From positions 479,171 through 543,170 of the forward strand of contig JAQGDQ010000030.1 in NCBI GenBank assembly GCA_030141605.1: 64,000 bases of DNA, read 5' to 3'. Positions within the stretch are counted from its first letter, which is position 1. Each line of letters begins with the position of its first letter. The position numbers were made by a program, and so were the translations under genes. The DNA is from Tubiluchus corallicola. Lineage: Eukaryota > Animalia > Priapulida. Under the pieces are notes generated by a model. The model made no database searches. It was given only the letters and a program-made list of their open reading frames with translations, and was not told where the DNA came from. Below, in pieces: positions 24,401-39,400 of the stretch.

Positions 24401-27400
24401 CTACACAATTAAAAATTAGTATAGTAGTTTATAAAAGCTGTATAGCAGTACTTATTACTCATAACTCGTTTTGTGTTTCAAAATATTTTGGCTGGATTCG
24501 GTATTAAATTGGTTGTCATTAATGGGACATATGAGTTGCATGTCAATATTTAATCTTCATTTTCACTATTAAAACTCCTAACACTGGTGACTGGCATAGC
24601 TTAGCGTTCCAGTGACTCCACTAACATATTAGAAAAGGAATTAGTTTCAGTTCCAAGTTCCTTTGTGGAAGAAGAATCAGTTTACATTTTAAGTTCCAAA
24701 TTTGAAATATTATTATAACACATGCACAGCAAAAACAGAAGTATACTAAAGAAACTCAAGTTAGTAACTTAAAAACAACCATCCAAAGCACATCACCCAT
24801 CAAAGTACTTCTTATGGCCAGTGTTGAAAGTACTGATGTGGTTATAATTCGAATAACTAGAGTTTTTCCAGTGTCTAAGATATTAGTATATCTACTAATA
24901 GATGATCCAGCAGCCAAATTAGTGTTGAAGTTTAGTGTATAGTAGTTAGAATCAAGGTAACTAAGTTGATCAGGCCTATCAGGCCTCATTAGCTGCATGG
25001 ACTGTGCTGTTAACCTGAGAGCCTCATATTTTAAGTCTGATGATAAAATCATTGATTTTTATGTTGTGTCAAAGTTTTGGATTGCACCCCCATATATATT
25101 ATCACTTTTCAGTGGTATGCAGTTAATGCTTGCTAAATTCCAATCTAACAGTAAAGCAACTTTACTTTTATAGGTTTTTGATGACTAGATGGACACAGTA
25201 AGTAGTTTTACTGGTATGTAGCTGTTCATTGATTAGTGTGAAACTATATGAACTATCAATTCTCATTACCATTTCAGAGTTTACGCAGGAGGTGACTGAC
25301 ACTCAGATGCCGCATATGGCACCTGTCATTCTACCGGAAATGTACAAAATTTTCACAAATGCCGAGGTAGATTTCCTTCTTGCTTTGTACTTAATTGTTT
25401 GACAATTAATACATTTTGTAGTTAGTTATGTAGAATACTCTCAATTATTTGGGTGCATATTCTTTTGTGCACTTGAGTACATGTGCTGTGTATTACTGGA
25501 CAGAGTAATAGACAATGTGAAATAGACAAAGTTGAGCAACTAGATGTTTGCTGAGCAAAAAGTGTTTAAAATGAAATATTTTTATATGATTAATCAATGT
25601 TTTTTGTCTTTTATTGCTATTAATTGACTTGCTTTGCCTGTGTTGTCACTGTGAGTGTTGTATGCATTTTCTAATTCGAATAACAATAATTGCTCAAGCC
25701 AACACAAAACTGTAGTAGTAGTAAAAATAACACATAAATGAATTCGTAAGGAAAAAATCAGATTGGTTAAGTTCAGCTTTTCGCTGCTAACTTCCTGTCT
25801 TATTTCCCGATAGAATGTAGCCTGGTGAGCAAGTTCAGCTCTCCTGAGACAGACACAAACCCAGAACAACACAAACATTAAGAAAAATTACAATAGACAA
25901 TGGAGACAGTATATAACTAACCATAATGCACAATCACACACCTACTTATATGCCTACAGTTGTGCACAAACAGCACGATGTTGTTGCATTGCAGCATTGT
26001 TGGTTGACTAGTTGCTATTTTTTCTAGTCTTACAGCATTCGTACAAGGTCTAGAGCGGTAATTATTTTCACTACTTGTGCTACAATCATATCGGATATGG
26101 GCGAATTTGATAAATCAGCCAAGTCTGTACTGCTGCCTTTTTTGCCGAAGTTCACTGAAGCATTCGTTCAAGCATTACAGGTACCGGATGGGATGGCCTC
26201 TGATAGCGGATTGAAAATGGACGTATTGAAGGTAAGATTTAGCAGAATCTCATTTCAAAGTAATAAATAGTGAAGGATTTTTTATAGTATCCATGCAATT
26301 GTGCTCCATCTTGTTGTTGATGGAACTGTGATGGCTGCAATAAAAATAAGTATCATTTCTTTTATGCTATTAGACTAATAAAATTTTATATTGTAAAAAG
26401 CTTTGGAAGTCAGTACAGTTCCCAAATGTCTTATAGCTAAAGCTATCTATGAGCTATGCAATATAAAAGCCTGTGTGTCTGATTGCAGATGTATTTTTTA
26501 TTGCGTGAGCAGACATGTGTAATTTGTCAATTTAAAAGAGGTTATTAAAGATACTTGGTTTTTGAGTATTAATAGTATGTAAATTATTATGTAAAGAATA
26601 GGAGGATTTGTTTTTTTTTGTGTTTTTACGTCTTTTATTTTTATTTTATTTCTGTTTAGGCTCTAACTACTCTTCTTAAGACATTTCCTAAGACGATGGC
26701 TCCTTACATGGCCCAGATCTTACAGCGAGTTTGGGTAGCTCTTACAGAAAGTGCCACGATGTATCTTTTGCTTAATTTTGTCAGGTTTTACAATAAGTTG
26801 AAATTTGCTAAACATAAAAAGTAATTTGCAGATTTAATGAGTTATATATTCAAAAGTTGTGACATGGCATTTTCCTTTGACTTTTTTGTTCAGCTATGTT
26901 AGAACTGTTGTGAATAATATTGAAGAGACTGATGATCCTGTTGATTCTGATGGTAAGGAGTATTATGAACTGAAGTCTTGCGAGCATCACATTTCTTTCT
27001 TTTCCTTGCATTCTCTTTGAAATATGAGCATGAAGGGGCCATTTTCATATATATTAAGCCTTATCAATGGTAGTTTTAGTCGTCTAACAATGGGGCAGCT
27101 ATTTTCAAGATTGCAAAAAAATTCAAAATGAATAGGTTGCTCTACATATGTAGTGTGCAGGCAAAATCCTATAACAATGGTATTAGGTCATCAGCCACAG
27201 GTAGTTAAAGGCATATATAATCCCAATAAACATTGAAGTTTTGTTAACGCATTATTATGATTACACAAAGAATTCATAGTTATTATTAAACTAAAAAGAC
27301 TTATAAATTAGCTAACTTACCTTTTTCTGGCGAATTTCAAACGTATTTATTGCCGTAAATATCGCCATGTTTCGTGTCTTTGGTGCAAATGAGTGAAAAC

Positions 27401-30400
27401 GACGTACAAGGTACAGAAAGCGTCTCTGGTTTCCGATGTTTGATTACTGATCTTTGGTAACCTCGTGATTGTACTCATAATGTTATTCGTCTCATGCAAC
27501 GAAAAATGTTGGTTCTTCATATTTAATATTACAAGCAATGAAGTGATAAAAAATCAAAAGAATCAAGTTTTATAAAAAGTCTATAACAACATAAATTGAA
27601 TATTTGTAATAAGATAGGTTAAGTTGTAAAAGCTTGTATTGTAGTGAGGGTTTAGTTTGACTTTAAATCAACAACTTTTTGTGTAATTTTTGTAATCATG
27701 TTAATTTTGAATTATTTTCCAAACCATGTGGCATTGTCTTTTTTCTAGGTGAAGTTTTAGGATTTGAGAACTTAGTATTCAGCATATTCGAGTTTGTTCA
27801 TGCCTTGATAGAAACACCAAAGTTCCGCAAAGTTGTGAGGAAATCTGTTGACCAATTGCTTTACTTTGTGATACTGTATATGCAGATTACAGAGGACCAG
27901 GTTGGTGTTATAAATTTCCTAATGCAAAAGAGAAAATAAGTGGAATAAAATCTTTTGTTACTATGTTGGGTCAATATGGTGATTTCAGCACACCATTAAG
28001 GTTTAAATAGCTGGTTCAGATTGTCATTTTGGTCGAGTGTTTGCTACGTGATATATGATCAAAATGCACAAACTACTGCTGTTCAATATGCGAATCGAAT
28101 GAATGATATATTTAGGCATTTACAGGAATGAAACAAACAAAATTTTTCGAACGCTAACTACAAAGCTGAAAAGTCAACATTGACAAAAATAACTGATACC
28201 ACCTACTGTAAGATGCCATAACACGTAGCTAATGTTTCGCCGTCCAATGGTCCAAGAGATCACAAAGTTGATACATACGTGACTTAATATTTAAAGAGTG
28301 AATTCTTTAAAAAACCTTTAAACTTTTTAATAAATTTTAATGCAATAATAGTAGGGGAAATATTGTCAAACTATTTACCGACACCTTCGTTTTGTGGTTC
28401 CTTTTGCTAGGTATTTGTAAAGGCAATTACCCAATAACTAGAATATTATTGGGCTTAAATAAGCATTAGTGGTGTTAAATGCCACTGAAATGTTTTTCCA
28501 GGAAAGGTAACTATGTCAAAGTTGAATTTATCATTTACAAACTACGATAATACATTTCAGTATCAATAAATTAATAATTTTTTAGTATTCTTTTTATTGA
28601 TATCTGCAAAAAAGTGAAAGAATAATGTAAATATTTTTTAGAACAACAAGTAGTTATTAGCAAGTTGTAATTGCTGATGGAAAGAAGTAGCGGCCTAAGC
28701 CTTAAGAATTGGCAGCCTACTTTTGCTGATATGATTAACATGACCTCAGTCTTGGCATACATGAGTTACAAGGAATCGTAGTTATGTATGCAAAGTAGAT
28801 GTAAATATATGTAGATGCTGAAGAAAATAAATGATAATACAAACAAATGCTAGAACTTGAAAGACTAGTTCTATCATTTACCTATGTACTTGGTTATGAA
28901 AATATTCACCTGTTCAATAAGAAAACTGGCTGTGATAAAAGTAATTATGCAAAAACAAGTTTATCTATAAACCTGTTTTTGTTGTTGTACACTTTTCTCA
29001 CAATTTCATAATTGAGTGGTTAAACTTTTTCTTGTTTTATAACAAAGTTGGGAAAACAATTACACTATTTTTTTGCAAATTTTTGCATAACTTCTTGAAA
29101 GTTTGTTGGATGTTTTTGGAGAGTACCAGTACTAGATATCAAATGTGTGAATAACATTCAATTTCTCAAGTGATTTATATGAAATTCTAGCACAAGAAGT
29201 TCTGAAAATACTTCCTTGTTTTATAACCAGTCTGTAGTCGCAAAATTTAGGTTTGTGTATTTTAACATAAATGTCAAATATGCAATGTTATACATCATAC
29301 TAACTGAGCTATGCAGGTTGAAGGACAGAATTGGTTCCGCTGCCATAGCAAATCCGGTATTATAAGCATCAAAATATCAAAGTTGAGTGTTCAAAATGTT
29401 TTGTCTCATAAATTGAGCCGTTCCTGGTATTTTCACCTGTTCTTGGGGCAATTTCATTGTGTTACTTTTTCAAAACTTGAAGAGCAAGGATATCTGTCAT
29501 GCTATAGTAGTGTGTATTTTATATGAGTTATGACGATTCTTTATGTGGTACCGTGTTTAAAATTAATGAATCGCATTGTTATCTTTTTTTGCTTTAATAT
29601 TTTAGATTCGTTTGTGGACGAGTAGTCCAGATCAGTTTGTAGAAGATGAGGATGAAGATACTTTCTCTTACTCAGTGAGGATATCAGCTCAAGACTTGCT
29701 TCTTGTGAGTAAATAGTGCAATTTTTGTTTGGTTATTGTTACATAACCACAGCCTACATTAATTTACCTTATATGTATTTTTCATTTTTCTGTATTTCAT
29801 TGCTGTATTCATAGCCATCTAGCAGATTATACAATTGTTCTAATATCTTTTATATGCATCATTGTCCAAGTATAGAACAATCTTTGTTTTAAATTTTTCC
29901 GAATCATTCGTAAAACAACAGGCCATTATAGAAGAGTTTTTGCTGACTCTGGCGTGCTCAGGCCAATGAGTTTTCTTGCCAAGTAATTTGCATGTAACTT
30001 GCAAGTTTGTTCTGACTGAAGAGCAAAAAATCTTGTGAGTTACTCACCAAAATTAAGCTAAAGCTGACTTTCAACAGATTTTACAAGAGCGTTCAGACTA
30101 GAGAGAAGAAGCATGATTATATTGTTAATGTTGTTGTTTCTACCATTAATGTCATTTACTATCATTTGTCCACTTTTATAGCCATTTTTTCTGAAATATG
30201 CGATAAATTAGTATGCAACAATCAGCCAGTAATCAGTAATCAATTGTTTATTCTCTTTGGGCTGAAAACTGATTTCAAATGAAGTTGTATAATCTTGGGG
30301 GCGGGGACAATCATCTTTGAGGCAGATAATTAGCATTATAGTTGTATAATTCAATAATAATAGTATGCCTTTATTGAAATTCCAAATAAAATCAAAAAAG

Positions 30401-33400
30401 GATGTAGGCATTTGAAATGTTCAACTTCTGAAAAAACTATCTTCTTCTACAGTCAAAGTTTGCAATTTCTTGCTGTCAGTACCTCGCAAAGCAGCTACAC
30501 TAGTGAGTTTGACATCAGACAGTAAATTCCTTATCAGACAGTATACTCGCTAAGTCTGAATGCGCCGTTAATCTTAGCCCATGAATGATTTGATCTATGT
30601 AAAGTGACAAGTTTTTTTTGAGCTATTTGGTTGCTCAAAGCTTGAACCTGTATAATGGTAATCTTCTTTAAAGGACAAGAAAATGGGTTCCTGAAGTAAG
30701 TGTCAGAAAAATCGCCTTAAAAAATTATATTACTTTATAGCAATTTTATGCACATATTTTACTCTCATTAAAAGGATTTCCTTATTGTTTTCATTTTAAA
30801 TTTCTCATGATACTGTTCTGACCACGGAGTTACATGGCGTCACCTACGCACAGCATAAATCAGGGGAAGAAAAGGAATGTTATACTATGCTCCAAAAATC
30901 TTTCCATGCATAGTTATATTACTTAACATTTTGCTTACCTGCTTAAAAATCTTATGGAACTAGAAAAGAAAATTCTTAACAATTTTAAATCTTCATGCCA
31001 ATTGGTAAAGTATCGGTGACTCACCTTTCAGGGTGCGCCCATCGCTCGCCAAAAAACCTATTTTTAATCTTATTGACAAGATATAGTAATTTAAACATTT
31101 GCTTAATTACTGCGGTATGCTCTGATTATTTTTTCAAACTTTACGGAATGTTATCTAAACTTATTTCAAATGACTTGTCATCAAAATGGTTGTGCCTAAC
31201 AGATATCGCAGGAGTTTAAATTTTCACGTTTTAGACAGTGTTACTGCTAATGCAAACCCTGTTTGCAATAAGACAGCATGTAAGTAGTATAAAATGTCAA
31301 GAATTTTTAAGCTTTATGTAACTAAAGGGTTTTCTCGTCTTTTAAGCAAGTGTTTTAATCTGTAAAAGTTAAATTAAATAATGCGTAGCTAAGCTTTAGC
31401 TGCTTGAAATAGCTGATTTTATTTATGAACATATGACTGTGAAAATGATGCTAATTTTTTTTATAGGCATTAGCAAGCGAATTTGAACAGGAAACAGCTA
31501 CTGGTGTCTGCAGTGCCACCTTACAACATTTACAGGAATCCGACGCAGCTAAAAATTCCGAATCAAATCCTCACTGGTTAGTTGCTCTTGTCGTAGCGGC
31601 TTTGTTGTTTATCGTCTGAATTTTGCTTGCTTGTGATTAATGATTGGTTAAGGCTGGCACAAATTATCTATTTGTTGATTTTGGCTGGTGGGTTTTATAG
31701 GTGGAAGATTCATGAGTCATGTATGTTGACTCTGGGAAGTGTAAAATCTGTTATTATCGACTTGTTGCAAGAGCAGAAAATCTCGTTTGACATTCAAGGT
31801 TTTCTTCAGAATGTAGTCATGACTGATCTTAACCTGAATGGTGAGTGAAAAAATTAATTGGATGAATTACATCTCAACTTTGCAGTCTTAAATTTTTAGT
31901 CACTTAACAGAATAATTCTGGCAGTGATTTTTCTTGTTGTTTTTGTTTTTATTTTTAAATCTGTCTGAAATGTGTGAAATACCTGTTTTTTTTCACTGGA
32001 AATTAAGGTCTGTCAAACAGTGGCAATTTTGGAATTCTTTAATTCAGTTGTAGTCTTGTACTTGTAATTCGATATCATCATTAATGTTCTGTGGCGATTC
32101 TTTAGCATTTTTGCGATATGTATCAATGACTGTAGTGAAATGTAACCTATAAGCTTTTTCACGGCTTTTGTCGCGCTCTGTCATTTCATACTCCCAAACT
32201 AATTTTATAAACACTTGTTAATTGTGTCAACGAATTTGAAACCCCTGTTTGTAGCACTGTGGTTCGCAATTATGCGCATTGTGTAAGGCGAAAAAAATGA
32301 AGAAAAAACACAAAGATTCCATTCGATTGGTTAAATAATTGTCCAAACTCCGATTATATCAATTTATACATCGTTGTGATTGGGATTAATTTGATTAATC
32401 TGTTAATCGCCCTTCATTGTCGTCAAACCAGAAGCAGGTTTCTGAACTATAATATTGAGTGTTGCAGTGCAGAAACTTGTTAGCTAAATGTGCTATTTAT
32501 GTGTGGTTGAGAAATTGCAGATATTCGATGATAACTGTTCCTATAGGTCTAAGAATGGTGTACAAATAGGTTGATCTACTAAAAATACCAAATTAACTTG
32601 AATTTCTGAACTGTGAAGAAACAATAAGCAAATAAAAATATATTTTTCTTGTTTATTATCCTTAAAACTTTATTATTCTGTGTTTTTAGATTTTGTTTGA
32701 ACTGCTAATTTTTTGTAATCGTAAGCAATTACACATGTTTATTTATTTTTGTTTGTTTACAGTATCACCATTTCTTCTGGGGCGTGCATTATGGGTAGCC
32801 AGTAGGTATTCTCTAGTCATGTCAGCCGAAATGCTGCAGAGGTGAGTTTATCTGTACTTCACAGTTTTCTTACTGTTATCTTGTTTTTTTTTTAATAACT
32901 ATCGCTACCAACATTTGTGCCACTTATTGCAAACATTTCTTCGTAGATTTATTTTGTCATCATAAACAGTTTTAGTTTGTGAAGTTAACAAGGACAGAGT
33001 TTGCATCTCGCTCCGCTTTGTACAGTGAATGTCAGTTTACTGTTAAGTTAACACAGGCACCTTTGCTGCTTAGCAGTGAATTAGTGAAGATGATCATTTG
33101 TCTTTGAGACAACTGTTGACCACTGATTGGTAGTGCTTCTTTAGCAATATTTTGTGAAGCAAAATGAGTCGACTCGATGTAATACAGCATCGTATGTTTT
33201 GAATTGGAAATAAAAGACTGATCTCCCAGTACTGAATTTTCCTTGGCTACTTGTGTGCTAGTGATTTGACTACGGCTAATAATGCCGCTGTTAATTGAAA
33301 TTTTGAGTAACAGTGGCTTAGTCATAGCTGCAGAGAATAGCGCAGGTAGGTGGTACTGAGCAGGCGGCTCAAACATAGGGACTACAGACTAGTTATATGT

Positions 33401-36400
33401 AGTCCACAAACCACGGACTAGTTTTATGTAGCCCACGATCCGTTGATTCAGAGATCTTTCCTTTTATGCACATAATGTTGTGCACGGCAAAATGTGCTAT
33501 ATGTCTCGCATATGCAGACAAGGCACGCAAGTGAAGACATACAGACGGTTCCAGACAATGTGAGAATATGTTGTTAGGGGTGCATCAAGGTCATTAGAGT
33601 GCATTATGATGACACATTCTCTGCTTTTCTCTTATGTTAGAGAACAGGTTTTACAGGCAATGTACACTGTGCTGTCTTTATTTGAAGAGTTAACAAAAAC
33701 TTTAATGTTGCTGACGATTTATTTGATGTATTGTCAATGAAGGGAACATTGTTGGCAAACTGTAAATGTGCCTTGAATTGTGCAGTGTTAGATTGGTCAA
33801 AACTTGTATCAGTGGTAATAGACCAGACATCTGCAGGGTGTTCTGAACAAGTTGGCTTAGTTAACCGTCTCAAAAAAAATTAATGACCTTGGTGTATCTA
33901 TCTCTGCCATATATATAAACTCATAGAAAAACATAAATTTTAGCCAGCTATGTGCTGGCTGTTGCCGTACAGTAACTTATGATTGGAGACCAAAAGTAGC
34001 TGAAATAGTAACTCCAATTGCTTATAGTTGACGGTCAGAGAACCTAACAGCTGATAGCTAAACACAGTAGTACTAGTCAATTTACTGTTATGAGTCTATG
34101 CCTGAAAAAAATTGCTTTTATTTTGTAATGTGTATTGATGATCTTAATTACACGAGTTTTGTTATTAGGTTCATTCAGTCAACAGTTGCTGGCTTGCAAG
34201 ATTCACAGTTACCATGTGTAAGAATCTCTGCAGCTAGATCTATTTACAGGTAAGAAATGTGGCTACGATTGCAAGTTGGGAATTTGACTTATGATACTTG
34301 ACTGAAAATGCAATGGCATAATAAATTGAATGTGTTAGGATTACCAACTGGATTGGCATGTGTATGTTAATTATGTACGATAAACAACATTTGCTATTGG
34401 TATATTTTTTTGTTTTAATTTATTTCGTGTTATGAATTCGTTCTTTAAAATATTTGGTGCTAGGAACTATCACAAATAGTTGGATACATTTCAAAGTTTA
34501 GTTAAATGCATAAGCAATGTCTCGATTAAAACATTTAGCAAGAAATCTTTTATTATTAATCATGAGCCTTTTTGTGCAGTGGAATTTAAAAGGCAAATGT
34601 GAGTTCTTTGTAACAGAATTTAAATGAATTGTTTATCCTAGTTTACATCATGATAGAGTAAATAGCAATAAATTTAATAAATTAAATATATAATAGTTGC
34701 AATAATGGTGTTTTTATTTTCAGCTACTGTGATCATTTAAAAAACTCAAATCATCAACAGATACTTGTACCATTTCTTGAACCAATTATTCATGGTCTTG
34801 TTACCTTAGCAACTCAATATGCAGGGGATGTGCTAGCACTTGTACTAGAAACAGTTTACATTACTCTGAAGGTAGGTTTATATTTCTATCTTTTCCAATT
34901 ACTTATTTTATTTTGAAATTCTTGCATTAATGCTGACGTGCGTTAAGTTTGTTGCAACCAACATTTCATATTGGTTAGTTAATAAGTCTCTTTTTCTAAG
35001 AGTGGTGTAGCTTTGGGTTTCATTGGTTTGAAAAAGTTAAGATCTTACTGTGACTTGTGTTCCTGGTAATACTGATTCTGTGAATTATACAGTTTTGCAA
35101 TAGTAATTTTGATTTTCCATTTGTTATATTTAAACTTTAGTTTTGCTTGAAACTGTATTAACTTTTCTACGAAACATTGTTCGAAGAAACCTAGGTTAGC
35201 TGTGATTAATGTCGTCTTGCTGCTTTTTTCTCTTTGTATTGTGCAAGTTTTACTTGATCTGCAATTTTATGTTATTTCTATTTTAAAACCTATAGCAAGT
35301 TAATATATATTCATTCTTTTTTGTAGCCACCCATTTTTAAGAACGTCATGCAACATTTTTGTTAATGCTGGGACTCGAACTTGGATCTTCTGTTTGTTTT
35401 TAATTTGTTATTTACCTTTCAGGTAGATAAAGCATTTACAGGTTCATGTGAAAATCGAGTTGTGCCGCTGACAATTGCAATTTTTCTCAAATACAATGCT
35501 GGTAAGTTCTTTTGGAAGTGCTGGAATTGCAGTAGCAGAAATTTCATGTCTAGGAGTTTAATTTTTTAAGTGAACTTCGTGAATTTTTAAAAATATTGGC
35601 TTTGAAAACAGTGATTACTTTATGCAAAAATCAGGTGATTTTTATGGTTAGAAATGGATTAAAGTTTAATCTATTTTCAAATCATTAATAGTTGTATTTT
35701 TGGTGTTTTTTTCTTAATTGGTATATAAACTTATTTTACTTTTGATGTTGAGTGTTAACAGATGTGATTAGGGATGTTAATGATAACGATGCAATTATCT
35801 TTATGCGATAATTACGGATTATCGTATCGATATGAAAATATTGTTTTTACCATTATCGTATCGATAATATTCTGGTTATATCATTATCGTATCAAATTTG
35901 GCACGTGTCATTGCTTATGGCTTATCTTTATAAAATCACTTCACTTTTCTTTTCTTTTATTTACAGTAATTTACACAAAAAAGTGGACAAACAGAATTAT
36001 TTAAAATTATAAGCTTGTCAGATGCCGAATAATTTTCTTGTACTTGCGCCTAGCAATAATGGCTATCTCCATTCTGAACCATATTTGGGAAAGCATCGTG
36101 ACCCCTATGTACACTTTGATACTGATGCATGGATGTCAAATACGCTACTGTAGCTTGCAAAATAGATAAATATTTCTTGTCGCAGTAATATGTTTATCTC
36201 TCACAGCTTACTTATTTATGAATCATTTGACAATCAAATTTGTGTTTCTTAACTAGTAGCTACTTAAGTGTACAGCACTGAATGCACTGAAGCACTTGAT
36301 AATTTAATTATTAGTGATACTTTCTGTTGTTACATAAATTGTCTAATTTCAGTATCGTTTTTATCGTTCAAAATGATTTATTGTATCATCTAGAAAATAG

Positions 36401-39400
36401 TTTATCGTTATCGTGTTGTTGCAAAAAGTATTGTATCGTTATCACATCACTAAATTTGTATCATTTAATATCTGTAGATGTGACCAACTGGTACATTTTT
36501 TAATAAATCTAACGGTGCTAGTCAAGGTTACAGAAAGGTAGCTCATTCTTTATGAATGTTAATATTAACACTAAAAAGCTGTTGGACTGCGTATGCCATC
36601 TTTACTGTTTTCTTTTAAAACCTATCAGAGGCATATGCTGTCCTAAGTAAACAATGGCAGAGGTGTGTCTAGGAAAACCTGTAGACACCCATAGATCATT
36701 ATAAGTCATCGGCATTATTTATGACATCATCATTATTATCATCGGCAAATTTTTAAAATCATGTGATATACCTTGTCTAATCAGTCGAACAAACAAATAA
36801 AGAGAAAAGGATTTGCCATATTGCAAGAATACTGGTAGAGGGTGTAGTGTAATTTTTTGCATTGTGCACAAAAAAGGTCTTCTTATTAAATCTAGAAAAT
36901 TATAGTTGGTAGCCAAATTCTGCATAATGCATGCTGCATTTTTAATGTTTTTGCTTGGACAGATCTACAAAATTGCACAAAGTTTGTATGTTTAGCACAT
37001 TTACAAAAAAAGTATACAAATACTTAAAAAGTGAGAATTTTTGCAGAGTCATTAGAGAAATTCATAGTTTTTAACACATAGCTTCTAAGTGTTAATAATT
37101 GTGTTTACTGTGTTTATTGCAGACCCACTGATTACGGCTTTATGTCAGGACATTTTTAAGGTTTTTGCTCAAAATGACGTTGCTGCTCCATTACTACAGC
37201 AACGGCTGCTCCCCACGCTGATCAGCATTTTGCAGGCTCCTCCTGAAAGACTACCTCCTGGTTTACCTGGTGTAAGTTGAAATTTTTCTGCAGCATTTAT
37301 GATTGGGGTGATTGGTTTTCTTTAATGTAATATGCCAGATTCCCTTCTCTTTGGTTTAATAAAATAACAAAGTATTCTTTTTACACAAAATAGTTGAATT
37401 GATTTTAGTCCTTCAAAAACGTATAGCAAACAACTATAAATGTGACATACAATAAAAAATTTCTACTTTTTGTGTAAATTGTAATAAAATTTGAGTTTTT
37501 TGCTTTACAGTTGTTTGATAATAATGAACAGGAACATAGTTTGCCATCTTTAAATGGTTTCTTAAAGCTGTGATAGGTTTAGTTATAGGGTTTTTTCTAA
37601 CAGGTTTTGACTTCAATTTTTTTTTTCAGTAATTGATGGCAGACATTATGCATTTACATATTTGTGGTGCCACTTTTATGTATTTATATAAACAATAAGG
37701 GCACCTTTTTAATGCTACCGTCTTTTCTACTTCTTCTTTACACAACCACTAAAATTTTTTTACACAAACAAAATAAATTGTTGTGGCCCATGGGCTTTGT
37801 CAAAGAATAATAATTTTGGGAAGTTGTATAGTATTGTGGCATTGCTATGTGGACTACCTGCTGTACTCGCTTGTTTTGATCCAGACGACTCTTAGGTTTT
37901 TGTAAATTCAATGTTTAAATAAACATAACAAACAGTCTGTGATATTTTATTAAATAAAATCGCAATCGCACAAGAACCAATTTTTCTGGAAGAGCATTTG
38001 TTATGGAAAAATTTTCTGCCTCGTTGTTATAGATTTTCTTCATTCCTGTAGGAATTTCACTTCCCACCTGCCGAACCAAACTTCCCAAAAACCAGCCACG
38101 TCTCTTTCTCATTTTCATTTTCTTACCATGGCAATGCACAGCCTTCTACTGCGCACACTAAGCAACAGTTTGAACCAAAACCAGAACTACCACAGCGAAA
38201 CGATGAAAATTCATGCTCAGCTCATCAGGTACCACATTGTAATATTTAAGACCTTGCTATATATGATGTACTAGCTTCTGTTAGTTCGCTAATAATTCAT
38301 GTAGATGGCTTCACCAGTGTCAACGATTGGTGTAGCATGTAAAGCAGGTAATGTCATTCAGTACCATGGAAGAGGAAGAATTGGATTAACTCCTTCAGGA
38401 CCATAAGAGTTTGCTGAATTTTACATGAAAATCTGCTTTCCCTAAGCAACGATTACATTGCATTTGCACTATGGGCTTTCCTGCAAAATAATACATGAAA
38501 TTATATGGTATATGCATTGCCTTAGACAAATTAAAAATCGATTTTTGACAAAAAATAAAAAAGCCAGCAGTAACTGCAGTGTTTGCACCGTAACAATGTA
38601 CAGTATTACTTGTGTGAAATTGGCTAATGCAGAAAATTTCAACTATCCAGACACAACATTCTGATACACTTTGGCCTCAAGTCTACTCAGTTTTTAAGGA
38701 GACATTCTTGTTATAAGATGAGATGACCTTAATTTGTCTTTGGCTGATCGTTTGGTTTTCATAGAACTCTTCACACCAGACAGTTCTCTTGGGCTGGAGC
38801 AAGCAGGCGATCGATAAAGTAGTGGGTACGATCGCACAAATGTACACCATACTAAGCTACTCGATAGGCTAAGTTGGAGTGCCTGGAAAGGGCGTGCTTT
38901 CTTAAATCACTTATAAATTCTTAAACAAACAGCATGATTGGATAACCAAGATTCTCCTTAACAGAACAATAGCTAGTGTGCAATCATTTAGTTATGTCTG
39001 TGCTCATACAGTAGCAGAAAAGTCATAGGTCTTATAAGATCTATTTTGAGTGATGTGGGTCCTGAAGGAGTTAAGTGAATCGATAAAATATCACGTTTCA
39101 TTATGAAAAAATCTCCACAAAATATAAGTAAAAAATTGCATGCTGTCATATATGTGCCTTCCTGCAAAGAAAATTAACTTATTAGTGAAAACTTTAAAAT
39201 ATTTTTGTTTCTAACAAAACTGACAGAAGTGCGAAAGTATGAAAAAATTTCTCAACAGAAAGTCTAGAAGTCTAGTTTTTTCTTTGAGGTGATATGATTT
39301 TCATATTGCATCCAGTTAAACATGTTTAAATCTTTCTGCTCCAAAATATCACTTGCTGAATCAGCCGAAGTACTTTTTATTCTTTAATAATTCTTTGCAA

